Both the position numbers and the translations under genes were made by a program. A DNA stretch of 64,000 bases, taken from NCBI GenBank assembly GCA_963842525.1, contig CAWJGT010000022.1:1-64000 (forward strand), written 5' to 3'. Positions 19,363 to 29,722 of this stretch are shown here, in pieces. The stretch is from an uncultured Holophagales bacterium (GTDB lineage: Bacteria > Acidobacteriota > Thermoanaerobaculia > Multivoradales > UBA5704). How positions within the stretch are numbered: position 1 is the stretch's first letter; every line of letters starts with the position of its first letter. The notes beneath the pieces were generated by a model that was not told where the DNA came from, searched no databases, and saw only the letters and a list, made by a program, of their open reading frames with translations.

Positions 19363-19419
19363 GCCGAACCCGGCCGATCGAGCGGACGGCAAAGCCGCCG
19401 CTCATCGGCATCCCCGTTA
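19363..19419 (+). other. attC site (intron inserted after GTTA)
   Basis: GCCGAAC-CCG-GCCGAT[C]GAGCGG[A]CGGC-AAA-GCCG-CCGCTC-ATCGGC-ATCCCC-GTTA. Confidence 0.85.
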
Positions 19420-20232
19420 CTGCGACACGATGTCGCTTTATATATGAAGTTGTTCCCCTCGCAGTCAGAGACGGAACCACCCGTACCACCGGGTGAACCT
19501 AGGGGCCTGAATAAAGAGCGGCTCCGACAATGTACAGAGGCACGCGCAAGCGTGCGGGGCGGGAACCGTGAGGGACCTGCTCTCCTGGCAGCCACAAGCC
19601 GGGCAATGGCTAGGTAGCGGGTAAGGTAAACACATGTGAACCTGTGCAACGACCGTCAAGCGCGAACGAGCTAAAGTGGCTGACAAGCTCGAACCAAAAG
19701 GTATGGGGGCCGGAGGTGGATTTAACGGTGCCACCTCGTGGTCGATAGGGCTCCCCGGTCGACAGCAGGTACCTAACCCCGCGCAGACTTCAGGAGCGGA
19801 ACGTGGTAACCCCGTATCTTCGCCCGCAAGGGCAGGTGAACCGCAAGGGGATCTATTGGAGGTGCGGGCTTGGGAGGTCGGAAGAAGCGAATGCCGTCCT
19901 GTAATGGTGCGGATACGGGTTTCAACGTCACCCGGCACGAAAGTGAGCCCACGTCCGACTGGTGCCTCTTTGCGAGAGCGTATGGAGAACACCTTGAACG
20001 GGGAAGGCAAATAGGAGATGGAGGTGGTTCGGCCACCCGTCTGTGCGCCCCCTCCTCTGGCTGGTCCAGAGCTGGTGCCTGCCATGGTAGTATCGCAAAG
20101 GATGTCCAGTTGTAGGGACAACCGGGTCGGTCACGGATCGGCCTTTGAGGTGCTTGAGCCGTATGCGGGGAAACTCGCACGTACGGTTCTTAGAGGGGCT
20201 GGGGGGCCGTAAGGTCCCCCGGCCTACTCGGC
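19420..20232 (+). ncRNA. ORF-less group II intron (813 nt, probably IIB/CL-like)
   Basis: 5' CTGCGACACG; EBS1 hairpin at 19713-19737; domain V GAGCCGTATGCGGGGAAACTCGCACGTACGGTTC (20156-20189); domain VI with bulged A at 20226; no RT ORF. Confidence 0.9.
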
Positions 20233-20244
20233 GACGACGCAGCA

Positions 20245-20745
20245 ATGTCGCACGAGTTCAAACGACAGTTCGAAACCCTCGCAGCAGGGGATGCCGCCCG
20301 ACTAGAACAGCTCGCTCGTGAGCTTTCGGGCTTCCCTCATGGCACAGACAGCTTCATGCACCGACACTGGATCACAAACGCAATTGATTCTGGGTCGATT
20401 CGGTCGGTGAAGTGGATGCTCGAAAAGGGTGTGGACCTCAACTTTCGGGATGCCGAAGGCTACACGCCGCTTCATAGCGCTCTCGAACAGCCCGAGCGAG
20501 TCCGGTATGGACTGTTGGAACTGTTGCTTGAGGCGGCTGCCCCGATCAACATTAAAGGGGTGAACGACTGGACGCCCGCGCACGCCGCAGCCGCAAGAGA
20601 CGATGTTGAAGCTCTAAAGATTCTCGTGAGGCATGGCGCCGATCTTAATGTACGAACTTCAATCGACGACTACGCGACTCCGCTTGAGGAGGCCAGAAAC
20701 CTTGGCAAGCTTGAAGCCGTCAAGTTTCTCGAAGGCGTCGTCTAA
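20245..20745 (+). CDS. Ankyrin-repeat protein (gene cassette)
   Basis: GYTPLHSA, WTPAHAAA and TPLEEA repeats; the stop lies inside the attC R'' box. Confidence 0.9.
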   Translation: MSHEFKRQFETLAAGDAARLEQLARELSGFPHGTDSFMHRHWITNAIDSGSIRSVKWMLEKGVDLNFRDAEGYTPLHSALEQPERVRYGLLELLLEAAAPINIKGVNDWTPAHAAAARDDVEALKILVRHGADLNVRTSIDDYATPLEEARNLGKLEAVKFLEGVV

Positions 20746-20827
20746 CACTTCGCTGGAGCGGACGCGTGAGGGATAAAGTGCCAAGCTCATACATCGGCGC
20801 GCGCGCCGCTCAGCTCAACCGTTCGCC
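20740..20827 (+). other. attC site
   Basis: GTCTAAC...GCT[G]GAGCGG[A]CGCG...CGCGCCGCTCAGC...GTTCGCC. Confidence 0.85.
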
Positions 20828-21021
20828 GTCGCGCACCGGTGTTGTCGCCCTGGCCAGGAGTTGCTGAGGCTGGCCTGGGGCCTCAGGGTCCAGCCTCAGA
20901 GTTGCTTCCGGACCCCCATGGGCAGCGAAGGTTCGGTGCGACTGCTGCCGGGCCTGCCTCTGTGGCTGCACCACCGACATACCCACTTGCAGGGCTATAC
21001 ACCCACTTGTATACTGGCCCC

Positions 21022-21366
21022 GTGCCTGATAAGATGATCGTCTGGGTTGGGGCCTCCTTCGAGGATCTGCGGGACTTCGCCCCAGAAGCTCGGAGGACTG
21101 CCGGCTACGAACTGCGCCGAATCCGTGGTTTGATGCCGACCGACTGGAAGCCGATGCCGAGCATTGGGCCAGGTGTCAACGAGATTCGAATCCATACGCA
21201 TGTAGAGCATAGGGTGATATATGTGGCGAAGTTTGAAGAGGCGGTCTACGTGCTGCACGCCTTCGAGAAAAGAAGCCGGCGGACTGGCGACGCAGACCTC
21301 TCCCTGGCACGCGAGCGCCTCAAGGAGGTTGAAGCCCTCCGCCGCGAGGAAAGGAGAAGGAAATGA
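21022..21366 (+). CDS. higB: RelE/HigB-like toxin (Gp49 type)
   Basis: W.GASFEDLRDF...DWKPMPSIGPGVNEIRI...YVLHAFEKRS; start uncertain (21022 or 21034). Confidence 0.85.
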   Translation: MPDKMIVWVGASFEDLRDFAPEARRTAGYELRRIRGLMPTDWKPMPSIGPGVNEIRIHTHVEHRVIYVAKFEEAVYVLHAFEKRSRRTGDADLSLARERLKEVEALRREERRRK

Positions 21367-21662
21367 CTAGCCGGGTTCGACACTCAACCGGAAATGTATT
21401 CAGGGATCTCGGATTCGGCGAAGACGAGGCAGAGAACCTCAAGATCCGAGCCGATCTAATGATTGAGCTGACCAAGTTGATTGAGGCCCAGGATCTCACA
21501 CAATCCGTCGCCGCGGAGCTCCTCGGAGTGACTCAGCCGCGGGTCAGCGACCTCATGCGAGGGAAGATCGACCGCTTTAGCGTCGATAGCTTGATTGAGA
21601 TGCTCGGTCATGCAGGCGCTTGCGTGTCGGTTGTGGTCACTCGGCGCAGTCAGGTTGCATAG
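21363..21662 (+). CDS. higA: XRE-HTH antitoxin
   Basis: STGNVFRDLGF...LTQ..AAELLGVTQPRVSDLMRGKIDRFS. Confidence 0.85.
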   Translation: MTSRVRHSTGNVFRDLGFGEDEAENLKIRADLMIELTKLIEAQDLTQSVAAELLGVTQPRVSDLMRGKIDRFSVDSLIEMLGHAGACVSVVVTRRSQVA

Positions 21663-21667
21663 CCGGC

Positions 21668-21725
21668 GGCGAACCCAGCCGATCGAGCGGACGGCAAGCC
21701 GCCGCTCATCGGCATCACGTTCGCG
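21668..21725 (+). other. attC site
   Basis: GGCGAAC...GTTCGCG; near-identical to the attC at 19363; its R'' box is the exact reverse complement of the cassette start GTTCGCC at 20821. Confidence 0.9.
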
Positions 21726-21756
21726 CGAGCTATCAAGCCCAACCGTATTCATGGCC

Positions 21757-21977
21757 GCGAGATTCAAGACGAGATTCGAGCCCTCCTGCTTCAAGAGGGG
21801 GATCCAATCGGTGTCGTGGAAATTCCTGAGGCTTAGGATGAGTACGATTCCTATATTGGTGGCGTATACCAGCTTCTCGCTTCAGGTGCTGATGCTCGCG
21901 CAATCGCCGAGCACCTCTTGCGGATCGAGAACGTCCAGGGCTTGGCTCCAGAAGCGTCGAGTCCCTTCTTCCCGTAG
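21757..21977 (+). pseudogene. Decayed cassette gene (WDPIG...DEYD family)
   Basis: REIQDEIRALLLQEGDPIGVVEIPEA*DEYDSYIGGVYQLL...AIAEHL, with an internal stop. Confidence 0.6.
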
Positions 21978-22084
21978 CGGAGCGCCTGTGGGCACTCCAA
22001 AAGCAGCCCCGGCAGGGGCGGTAGCCGTCTTGGTTTTCACCCCGAGGAAAGAAGAGCGCAGATAGCCCCGTTTGCAGAGCAGCA

Positions 22085-22313
22085 CTTCGCGCATCTCTCT
22101 CGCCTCACGAAGGAACCGGTTGTCGTCACCCGCGGTGGCAAGGCCATCGCCGCGCTGGTTCGCATCCGGCCATCCGACCTTGAATCGTTTTTGGTGAGTG
22201 AAAGCCCGGTCTTCAAGCGGATCGTCCGGAAGTCGCGTACTTCATACAAACGCGATCATGGGCTCACACGGGAAGAGCTCGAGAAGCACTTGGCGAGTGC
22301 TCGCGGCGACTAG
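22085..22313 (+). pseudogene. Phd/YefM-like antitoxin remnant
   Basis: AHLSRLTKEPVVVTRGGKAIAALV...SESPVFKRIVRKSR...GLTREEL; no start codon found. Confidence 0.55.
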
Positions 22314-22323
22314 CTGCTTGGAA

Positions 22324-22352
22324 CCCCCGGGCCCGGCGAGCCGGCCCGGGGG
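22324..22352. terminator. GC hairpin downstream of the M16 operon
   Basis: CCCCCGGGCCCGGC-GA-GCCGGCCCGGGGG. Confidence 0.5.
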
Positions 22353-22367
22353 GTGAGTGAGTGCGTC

Positions 22368-23875
22368 CTACTTCTGGAACACCTGCGCGATCGGCACGAT
22401 CTCAATCGCGGTCGGCTTCACCGGCAGGGCCTGGATGGTCTTGTCGACCTCGAGCACCTCCGGTGCGACCTGGCTGCCGTACTTCTTCGGGCTGGGATCG
22501 TCCTTCTGGAGCGTCGCCTTGAGCTGCTCGGCGTTGTCTGTCACCAGGACGGCGTCCCAGTTGTCCGTGGTCAGGTACTTCTTGATGGCCCGGTTCACGT
22601 CGTCGACGGTCATCGTCTTCAGACGCTTCTCGATCTCGTCGATGTAATACGGCATGCCGTAGTACTTGCTGTCCATCAGGAAGCCGAGCCGGTCGGGCTG
22701 GCTCTGCGCCCAGAGCTTCGAGTAGTTGATCAGCAGGTCGCGGATGGACTCGAACTCCTGCTGGGTCATCCCCTTGTCGCGCAGCCGCTGGACCTCGTAG
22801 AGGCCCGCGCGGAGGGCGAACTGGGCATCGGCGGGGACGACCGGCCGGATCCAGACCGAGAAATACTGCTGCCGGCGCGGCACGTTCGGCATCGGGTAGT
22901 CGGTGCCAGGCGGCACGAACCAGTACTCGATGTAGGAGTAGTCGCCGTAGTTCAGGCCACGGTTGCCCCGCAGCTCGTTCATCAGCCGGCCGAAGAAGGT
23001 CCGGTGCTCGCCCAGGTAGCTGTTGGCCACCATGAGCGGGTAGTAGTCCGGATGGGAGCGGTTGATCGGCAGGGGGTAGCCGAAGTGGATGCCCACGGAG
23101 CCGGTCTCTTTCTCGATCAGGGTGATGTTGCGCCCCGCGATCTTCGGCGCCGGAGGAAGGTCCTTCGGCCCCTTCGCTCCGGTCGCCGGCAGCGCCCCGA
23201 AGTCCTTGGCCAGCTTCGCCGGGTAGTCCTTCGGATAGCCACCGGCCACGCCGAGCATCAGGCTCGGCTGGGTATAGTGCTCCTTGTAGAACTTCTTGAC
23301 GTCGTCCAGCGTGATGCTCTGGAGCCCCTCGACGGTGCCCGCGGGGGAGTGGCCGTAGGGATGGCCGCCGTCGAAGATCTCCTGCTGCATCATCTCCAAC
23401 CCGAGCATCTCGTCGTTGCTGCGCAGGTTGTTGGTCAGGTTGGCGAGGAGCTGCTCCTTGTTGCGATTGAAGTCGCTCTCCGCGAAGCCGGGCTGGAGCA
23501 GGACCTCTTCCAGGAGGGCGGTGTAGTCGGCGAGCGTGTCGCGGTGGACCGTGCCGGCGAACAGGGCGACCTCGCGGTCGACGTTCGAGTTGATGGAGGC
23601 GGCCATGGGATAGAGGGCCGTGGTCAGATCGGTGTAGGAGCGCTTCGCGGTGCCGGCTTCCGACACCATGAGGGCGGTGAGGGCGGCGAGCCCCTCCTTG
23701 CCGGCCGGGTCGTAGATCGAGCCGGCATTGAACTGCAGGTGGACAGAGACCAATGGGGAGTCGGCGTTGGGCAGCTCGACGATTTGAGGGGTCTGGATCG
23801 TGGAGGCTCCCTGGGCGAACGCGGCCGGGGCCGCTGCGAGAAGGGCGAGGACGAGCACGGCGATGCTCTTAAGGG

Positions 23876-23879
<4 letters not shown>
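22368..23879 (-). CDS. M16 peptidase, non-catalytic subunit
   Basis: Signal peptide MTLKSIAVLVLALL; AGSIYDPAGKEGLA; RLMNELRGNRGLNYG; no HxxEH. Confidence 0.9.
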
Positions 23880-25249
<1,370 letters not shown>

Positions 25250-25428
25250 GATGGAGGACCTCCTTTCGTGGAACCTGCTTTCGGATTGACCCGGGCCGCA
25301 ATGCCCGGCCATATTCAGACGACATTCAGGCGACGTTCAGGCGTCGGTTCCAGGCGCCCGGTCGGAAAGGCACCATGGGGGGGAACCGCAGTACCCCCGG
25401 CGGGGATTCCCATCTTATCCTACGTGCC

Positions 25429-26747
25429 ATGACGCAGAGAGATTTCCTTCTCCGGTCTCTTCTCCCCTTCTCGTTCGCTGTTTGCGGCATGCTGCTTGCT
25501 CCAGGCGAAACCGCGGCGCAATCCGCCGCCCGCCGCACCCCGGTCGTCGTGGCGGTGGAGCGGGTGTCGCCCGCCGTGGTCAACATCTCCGCCGAGTCGA
25601 CGGTGCGCGAGGTCGACCCCTTCTTCGGCCTCTTCTTCGGCCCCAGCCGCCAGGACCAGTCGCTGGGCTCGGGCCTGATCGTCGACGCCAACGGCATCGT
25701 GGTGACCAATGCCCACGTCATCGAGGGGGCCTCGCGGATCGTGGTCACGATGCTCGACGGCCGCGAGCTGGACGCCGACGTCCTGGGCTCCGACCGCGAC
25801 TCCGACCTCGCCGTCCTCAAGGTCGACGCCCGCGGCCTGCCCGCGATCCCGCTCGGCCACAGCACGGACCTGATGATCGGCGAGCCGGTGATCGCCATCG
25901 GCAACCCCTTCGGCCTGTCGCACACGGTGACCACCGGGGTGCTCTCGGCCCGCGGCCGGTCGGTCCCCTCCGAGCGCGGCGAGCGGCGTGTTCACCGACT
26001 TCCTGCAGACCGACGCCTCGATCAACCCCGGCAACTCCGGCGGGCCGCTGGTCAACATCGAGGGCCACGGTGATCGGCGTCAACACCGCGATCATCCAGG
26101 GGGCGACGGGGATCGGCTTCGCCATCCCGGCCGACCGCGCCCGGCGGGTGGTGGAGGAGCTCCTGCGCTTCGGCGAGCTGCGGCCCCTGTGGACCGGGGC
26201 GCGCCTGCTGACGCTCGACGCCGAGCTGGCCCGGCGCAACGGCCTGTCCGAGCGCCGCGGCGCCCTCGTGCTGCGGGTCTATCCGGACTCGCCCGCCGCC
26301 ACGGCCGGGCTGCAGCAGAACGACGTGATCGTCTCGGTCGACGGGCACCCGGTGGTCAACCGCGAGGACGTGACCACGGCCCTCTACACCGCCCAGGTCG
26401 GGACCCCGATCCGCCTCGACGTGCGGCGCGGCGACCGCTCGGTCGCGGTGACGCTGCGGGCCGTCCGGCCGCCCGAGGGGCTCGGCCTGCGCTTCCTGGA
26501 GAGCAGCCTGGGCTTGAATGTGAAGGCGGCCGGCCGCCAGGGGCTGGTCATCCAGACGGTCAACGACGGCTCGCCCGCGGCCCGGCGGGGGCTCCGTCCC
26601 GGCGACGTCATCCTGGGCGCCAACGGCCAGGAGCTGGAGTCGACCGAGGCCCTGGGCCGCGAGGTCCTGCGCGGCATCGAGCGCGGCGGCATCCTGCTGG
26701 CGGTCCAGCGCGGCCGGTACGTCTACAACCTGGAGCTGCCGCTGTAA
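25429..26747 (+). CDS. HtrA/DegP serine protease with two PDZ domains (frameshifts near 25990 and 26070)
   Basis: VTNAHV, SDLAVL, QTDASINPGNSGG and PDZ segments, spread over three frames. Confidence 0.9.
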
Positions 26748-26834
26748 CCCGCCCTCGCAGACGAACGCCTCAGCCATGTTCCCCCTCTCCCGGGCGCAGG
26801 GTGGTCGGGAGCGGGGGAGAGGAGGAAAGGGGGT

Positions 26835-27257
26835 GAGGTCGTCGTCCTCCGGCGGCTCCACCTCGCCCGGGGTGACCCCGATCCGGGCCAGCTCCTCGTA
26901 GAGCGTGCGGCGGACGAGCTCCTCGATCTCCTCGCGGGTCAGGGGCAGGCCTTCTCCGGGGAGTGGCTCCGGCTCGGTCCCCTCCTCCTGCGGGACGCCC
27001 GCGCCGAGCTGGTCGAGGATCCACTGCGGATCGCGCGGCGGCGCGGCCTGGAGGAACAAGAGGAGCGGCTCGATCCCAAGCTCGCGGGCGAGGGTGTACA
27101 CATGCGAGACCTTCAGCTCGATCCGGCCGTGCAGGAGGCTTCCCAGATAGCCCTGGCTCCACCCCAGAGCCCGCTCGATCCCCCGCCGGGACCGGCGCGA
27201 TTCATGGATCGCCTCGTCGAGGAGCGCGCACAGGCGCTTGGCTTCTTCTCCGTCCAT
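26835..27257 (-). CDS. HTH transcriptional regulator (3' end obscured by a REP-like repeat)
   Basis: SRRGIERALGWSQGYLGSLLHGRIELKVSHV. Confidence 0.7.
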
Positions 27258-27562
27258 GACGAATCCTTCCCGATGTTGGTGAGAAGAATATCACAAGCGT
27301 GGAGGATTCGCCCGGGTCTTCGCAGGGAAAATCGTCAGCCGGGCTGGAATGGGGTGCTATAAACCAGCCGACAGCTCGAGCAAGTCCAAGGCCGGGAGTC
27401 CGGTGGCGATCCCAGTGATGAGACTCGAGGCGAGGCACGGGACGGCGGCCTCGCCACCATAGAGGCCTGCCTGTGGACCGGGGGTACATCGCTGGATTCG
27501 ACACGGCTCCCGGTCCGGTCGCTGGAGTGGAGGGTCCGCTCGACAGAATTTTCAGAGACCCT

Positions 27563-28729
27563 TCAGACCTCGAACTGCGTCTTGCGAGGAGCCGCGGCGA
27601 GGCGGGCCAGCGAGAACCGGGGGAGCGGCTCGGCCTCTCCCAGGACCAGCCCGGCGGCGTGCTCTCCGACGGCCGGGCCGAGCTTGAAGCCGTGCCCTGA
27701 GCCGCCGCCGAGAAGCCAGACGTTGGCGGCTTCGGGATGACGGTCGATCAGGAAATGGCCGTCCGGGCTGTTCTCATATTGGCAGACGCGGCTTTCGACC
27801 AGGGGGGCGTCAGCCAGGGCGGGAAAGCGCAGGGCCAGATAGCGGCGCGCCCGTTCGACCGCCGCCGGATCAGGGGTCCGGTCGCCCGCCGTGGGGTCGA
27901 AGGGCTCGCCGCGGGTGTCGTCTGCGACTTTGAAGCCGCGGTGGTCGTTGCCGGGGATGCCGTAGAAGAACCGCTCGCCGAAATCGACCCAGACCGGCAG
28001 TGTCCCTTCCGCGAAACGGGGATCGCCGGCCGGGGTGCCGAAGAAGAGGATGTCCTGCCGGGTGGGGAGGACCGCGTCGCCGATCACGTCGGGGAAGACC
28101 CGGCCGAGCCAAGGCCCGCAGGCGAAGACATAGGCGTCCGCCTCCAGGGCCGGGCCGCCGGACAGCTCCAGCCGCTCCATCCGGCCGCCGCGGACCGGAC
28201 CGGGACGCGCCTCCGCCTCCCGGACCTCCCCGCCTTCGGCTGTGAAAGCCGCAGCCACCGTCTGGCAGGCCCGCCGGGCGGCGAGCCAGCCGGCCTCGCG
28301 CTCGAAGAAGACTGTGCGGATGCCTTCGAAATTGATTTGCGGGAAGCGCTCCCGGGCCTCGGCCACGGAGAGCTCGGCGACGAGAAGCCCGACCTTGTCC
28401 AGATAGGGGAGCGAGGTGCGGGCGTAGTCGTCCTCAACGCTGAACATCCAGAGCGCCCCGGTCCGGTGGTAGAGGGGGGTCTTCCAGCGCTCCTGGCTCT
28501 CCCGCCAGACGTCGAAGGAGCGGGCGACCCACTCGACATAGACCTCGTCCGGCCCATAGATCCCGCGGATCACCCGCGACTCGCCTCCCGAGCTGGCCCG
28601 CGAATTCCCCGGCCCCCAGGCGTCGACCAGGGTGACCCGGCACCCCCGGCGCAACAGCCAGAGGGCGGTCCACCCTCCGAACGCACCAGCCCCCACCACG
28701 GCGACGTGTAGAGGCGATGTGCTGGGCAT
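27563..28729 (-). CDS. FAD-dependent oxidoreductase (sarcosine oxidase-like)
   Basis: VVGAGAFG, SSGGESRVIR, CQYENSPDGHFLID, GSGHGFK. Confidence 0.9.
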   Translation of the reverse strand: MPSTSPLHVAVVGAGAFGGWTALWLLRRGCRVTLVDAWGPGNSRASSGGESRVIRGIYGPDEVYVEWVARSFDVWRESQERWKTPLYHRTGALWMFSVEDDYARTSLPYLDKVGLLVAELSVAEARERFPQINFEGIRTVFFEREAGWLAARRACQTVAAAFTAEGGEVREAEARPGPVRGGRMERLELSGGPALEADAYVFACGPWLGRVFPDVIGDAVLPTRQDILFFGTPAGDPRFAEGTLPVWVDFGERFFYGIPGNDHRGFKVADDTRGEPFDPTAGDRTPDPAAVERARRYLALRFPALADAPLVESRVCQYENSPDGHFLIDRHPEAANVWLLGGGSGHGFKLGPAVGEHAAGLVLGEAEPLPRFSLARLAAAPRKTQFEV

Positions 28730-28814
28730 GGGGCGGAGATCGGATCGTTATCGGCGTTTCGAAATCGGTGGCAACCCTGGGCGCGGACTCGCGCTTTTGC
28801 CCCTCAGCTCAGCT

Positions 28815-29234
28815 TCAGAGCCGCAAGGCTTCGGCGAGCACAGTCGCCTCGTCCTGGCCGCGCTCCGCGACCAGGAAATCCAAGTGCTCTGCCAGTGTCC
28901 GTTCCCGCATAACCGATCCCTCGCATAGTTGTCCGGCAGCGGAGCGTGTTCGAACACCGAATCGAAAAGTCTGACCCGTCTCGCTCTCCAATTCAGGGGA
29001 AATATCGCCGACGGCGAAAGCGGCGATCCCGAAAGCAGGCTGATCGCGGATCACGTCCTCGGGCCGGCTGTATTTCTCTCGATTGACGGAAAAGGATGGG
29101 AAAGGCAGGAAGGCATCGGCGAGGACACCGTCCAGGAGGTGGTCGGGATGGATGCGCCGGAAAAGACGCTCGGTGTCCGCGAACGCAGGGTCCGGGACCA
29201 GGGGTGCGGCTTGCTCGGCCGCATGTTCAGGCAT
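28815..29234 (-). pseudogene. Hypothetical toxin-like gene, frameshifted and truncated
   Basis: ERLFRRI...FSVNREKYS...HAPLPDNYA, followed by an unrelated short fragment MRERTLAEHLDFLV. Confidence 0.5.
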
Positions 29235-29670
29235 CGAGGAAAGTCGTGATCCGCTCGAGGGCTGTGCGGAAACCCTCTTCGTCCGGGGTCAGGGGCCAGA
29301 TTGTCGGTTCCTGGGCAGGCTCTGACGTGATCGCCAGAACCTCGCCGTCGTTGAAGCACTCGATGTCGGCGTACTTCGAGCTGTCCCTGGCAAAGACGAG
29401 GGCTACTCCCCCCTCGGCCGAGGGCGCGACGAGGACAGGAAGCGAGCTTTCGGAATCCATGAGGAAGAGAAGGACTTGTCGTGCGTTCTCGAGCGCCGTT
29501 TCGTTGGGAGGCTCCGCCTCGTAGCTGTCCCAGCCCGGACGTAGATTGCGAAACGATTCCAGTTTGGACAGATGAGCGACCACATCCGTCTTCCGCGACG
29601 GGTCTGGAGAAGGATGGGCGTGGAAGGCGAAGTCTCGAACGGCCATGACGGCTCCCGGGTCCGTCGACAT
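29227..29670 (-). CDS. Hypothetical protein (L..GWDSY.A.P family)
   Basis: GAGGTGGAGG RBS; LRPGWDSYEAEPP...VAPSAEGGV; overlaps the start of the next gene. Confidence 0.7.
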   Translation of the reverse strand: MSTDPGAVMAVRDFAFHAHPSPDPSRKTDVVAHLSKLESFRNLRPGWDSYEAEPPNETALENARQVLLFLMDSESSLPVLVAPSAEGGVALVFARDSSKYADIECFNDGEVLAITSEPAQEPTIWPLTPDEEGFRTALERITTFLDA

Positions 29671-29722
29671 CTTAACACGGGACCTCCACCTCGCTGAATC
29701 CCCGCGGCGTTCCCTCTGCGCG

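Noticed and set aside
19420-20232. Retron or DGR template RNA
   Set aside because: Canonical group II domains V and VI are present, there is no RT nearby, and the two copies show no adenine-specific differences.
26052-27257. 401-aa HTH fusion overlapping htrA
   Set aside because: The extension is read-through across a REP into antisense htrA; only the first ~140 aa look real.
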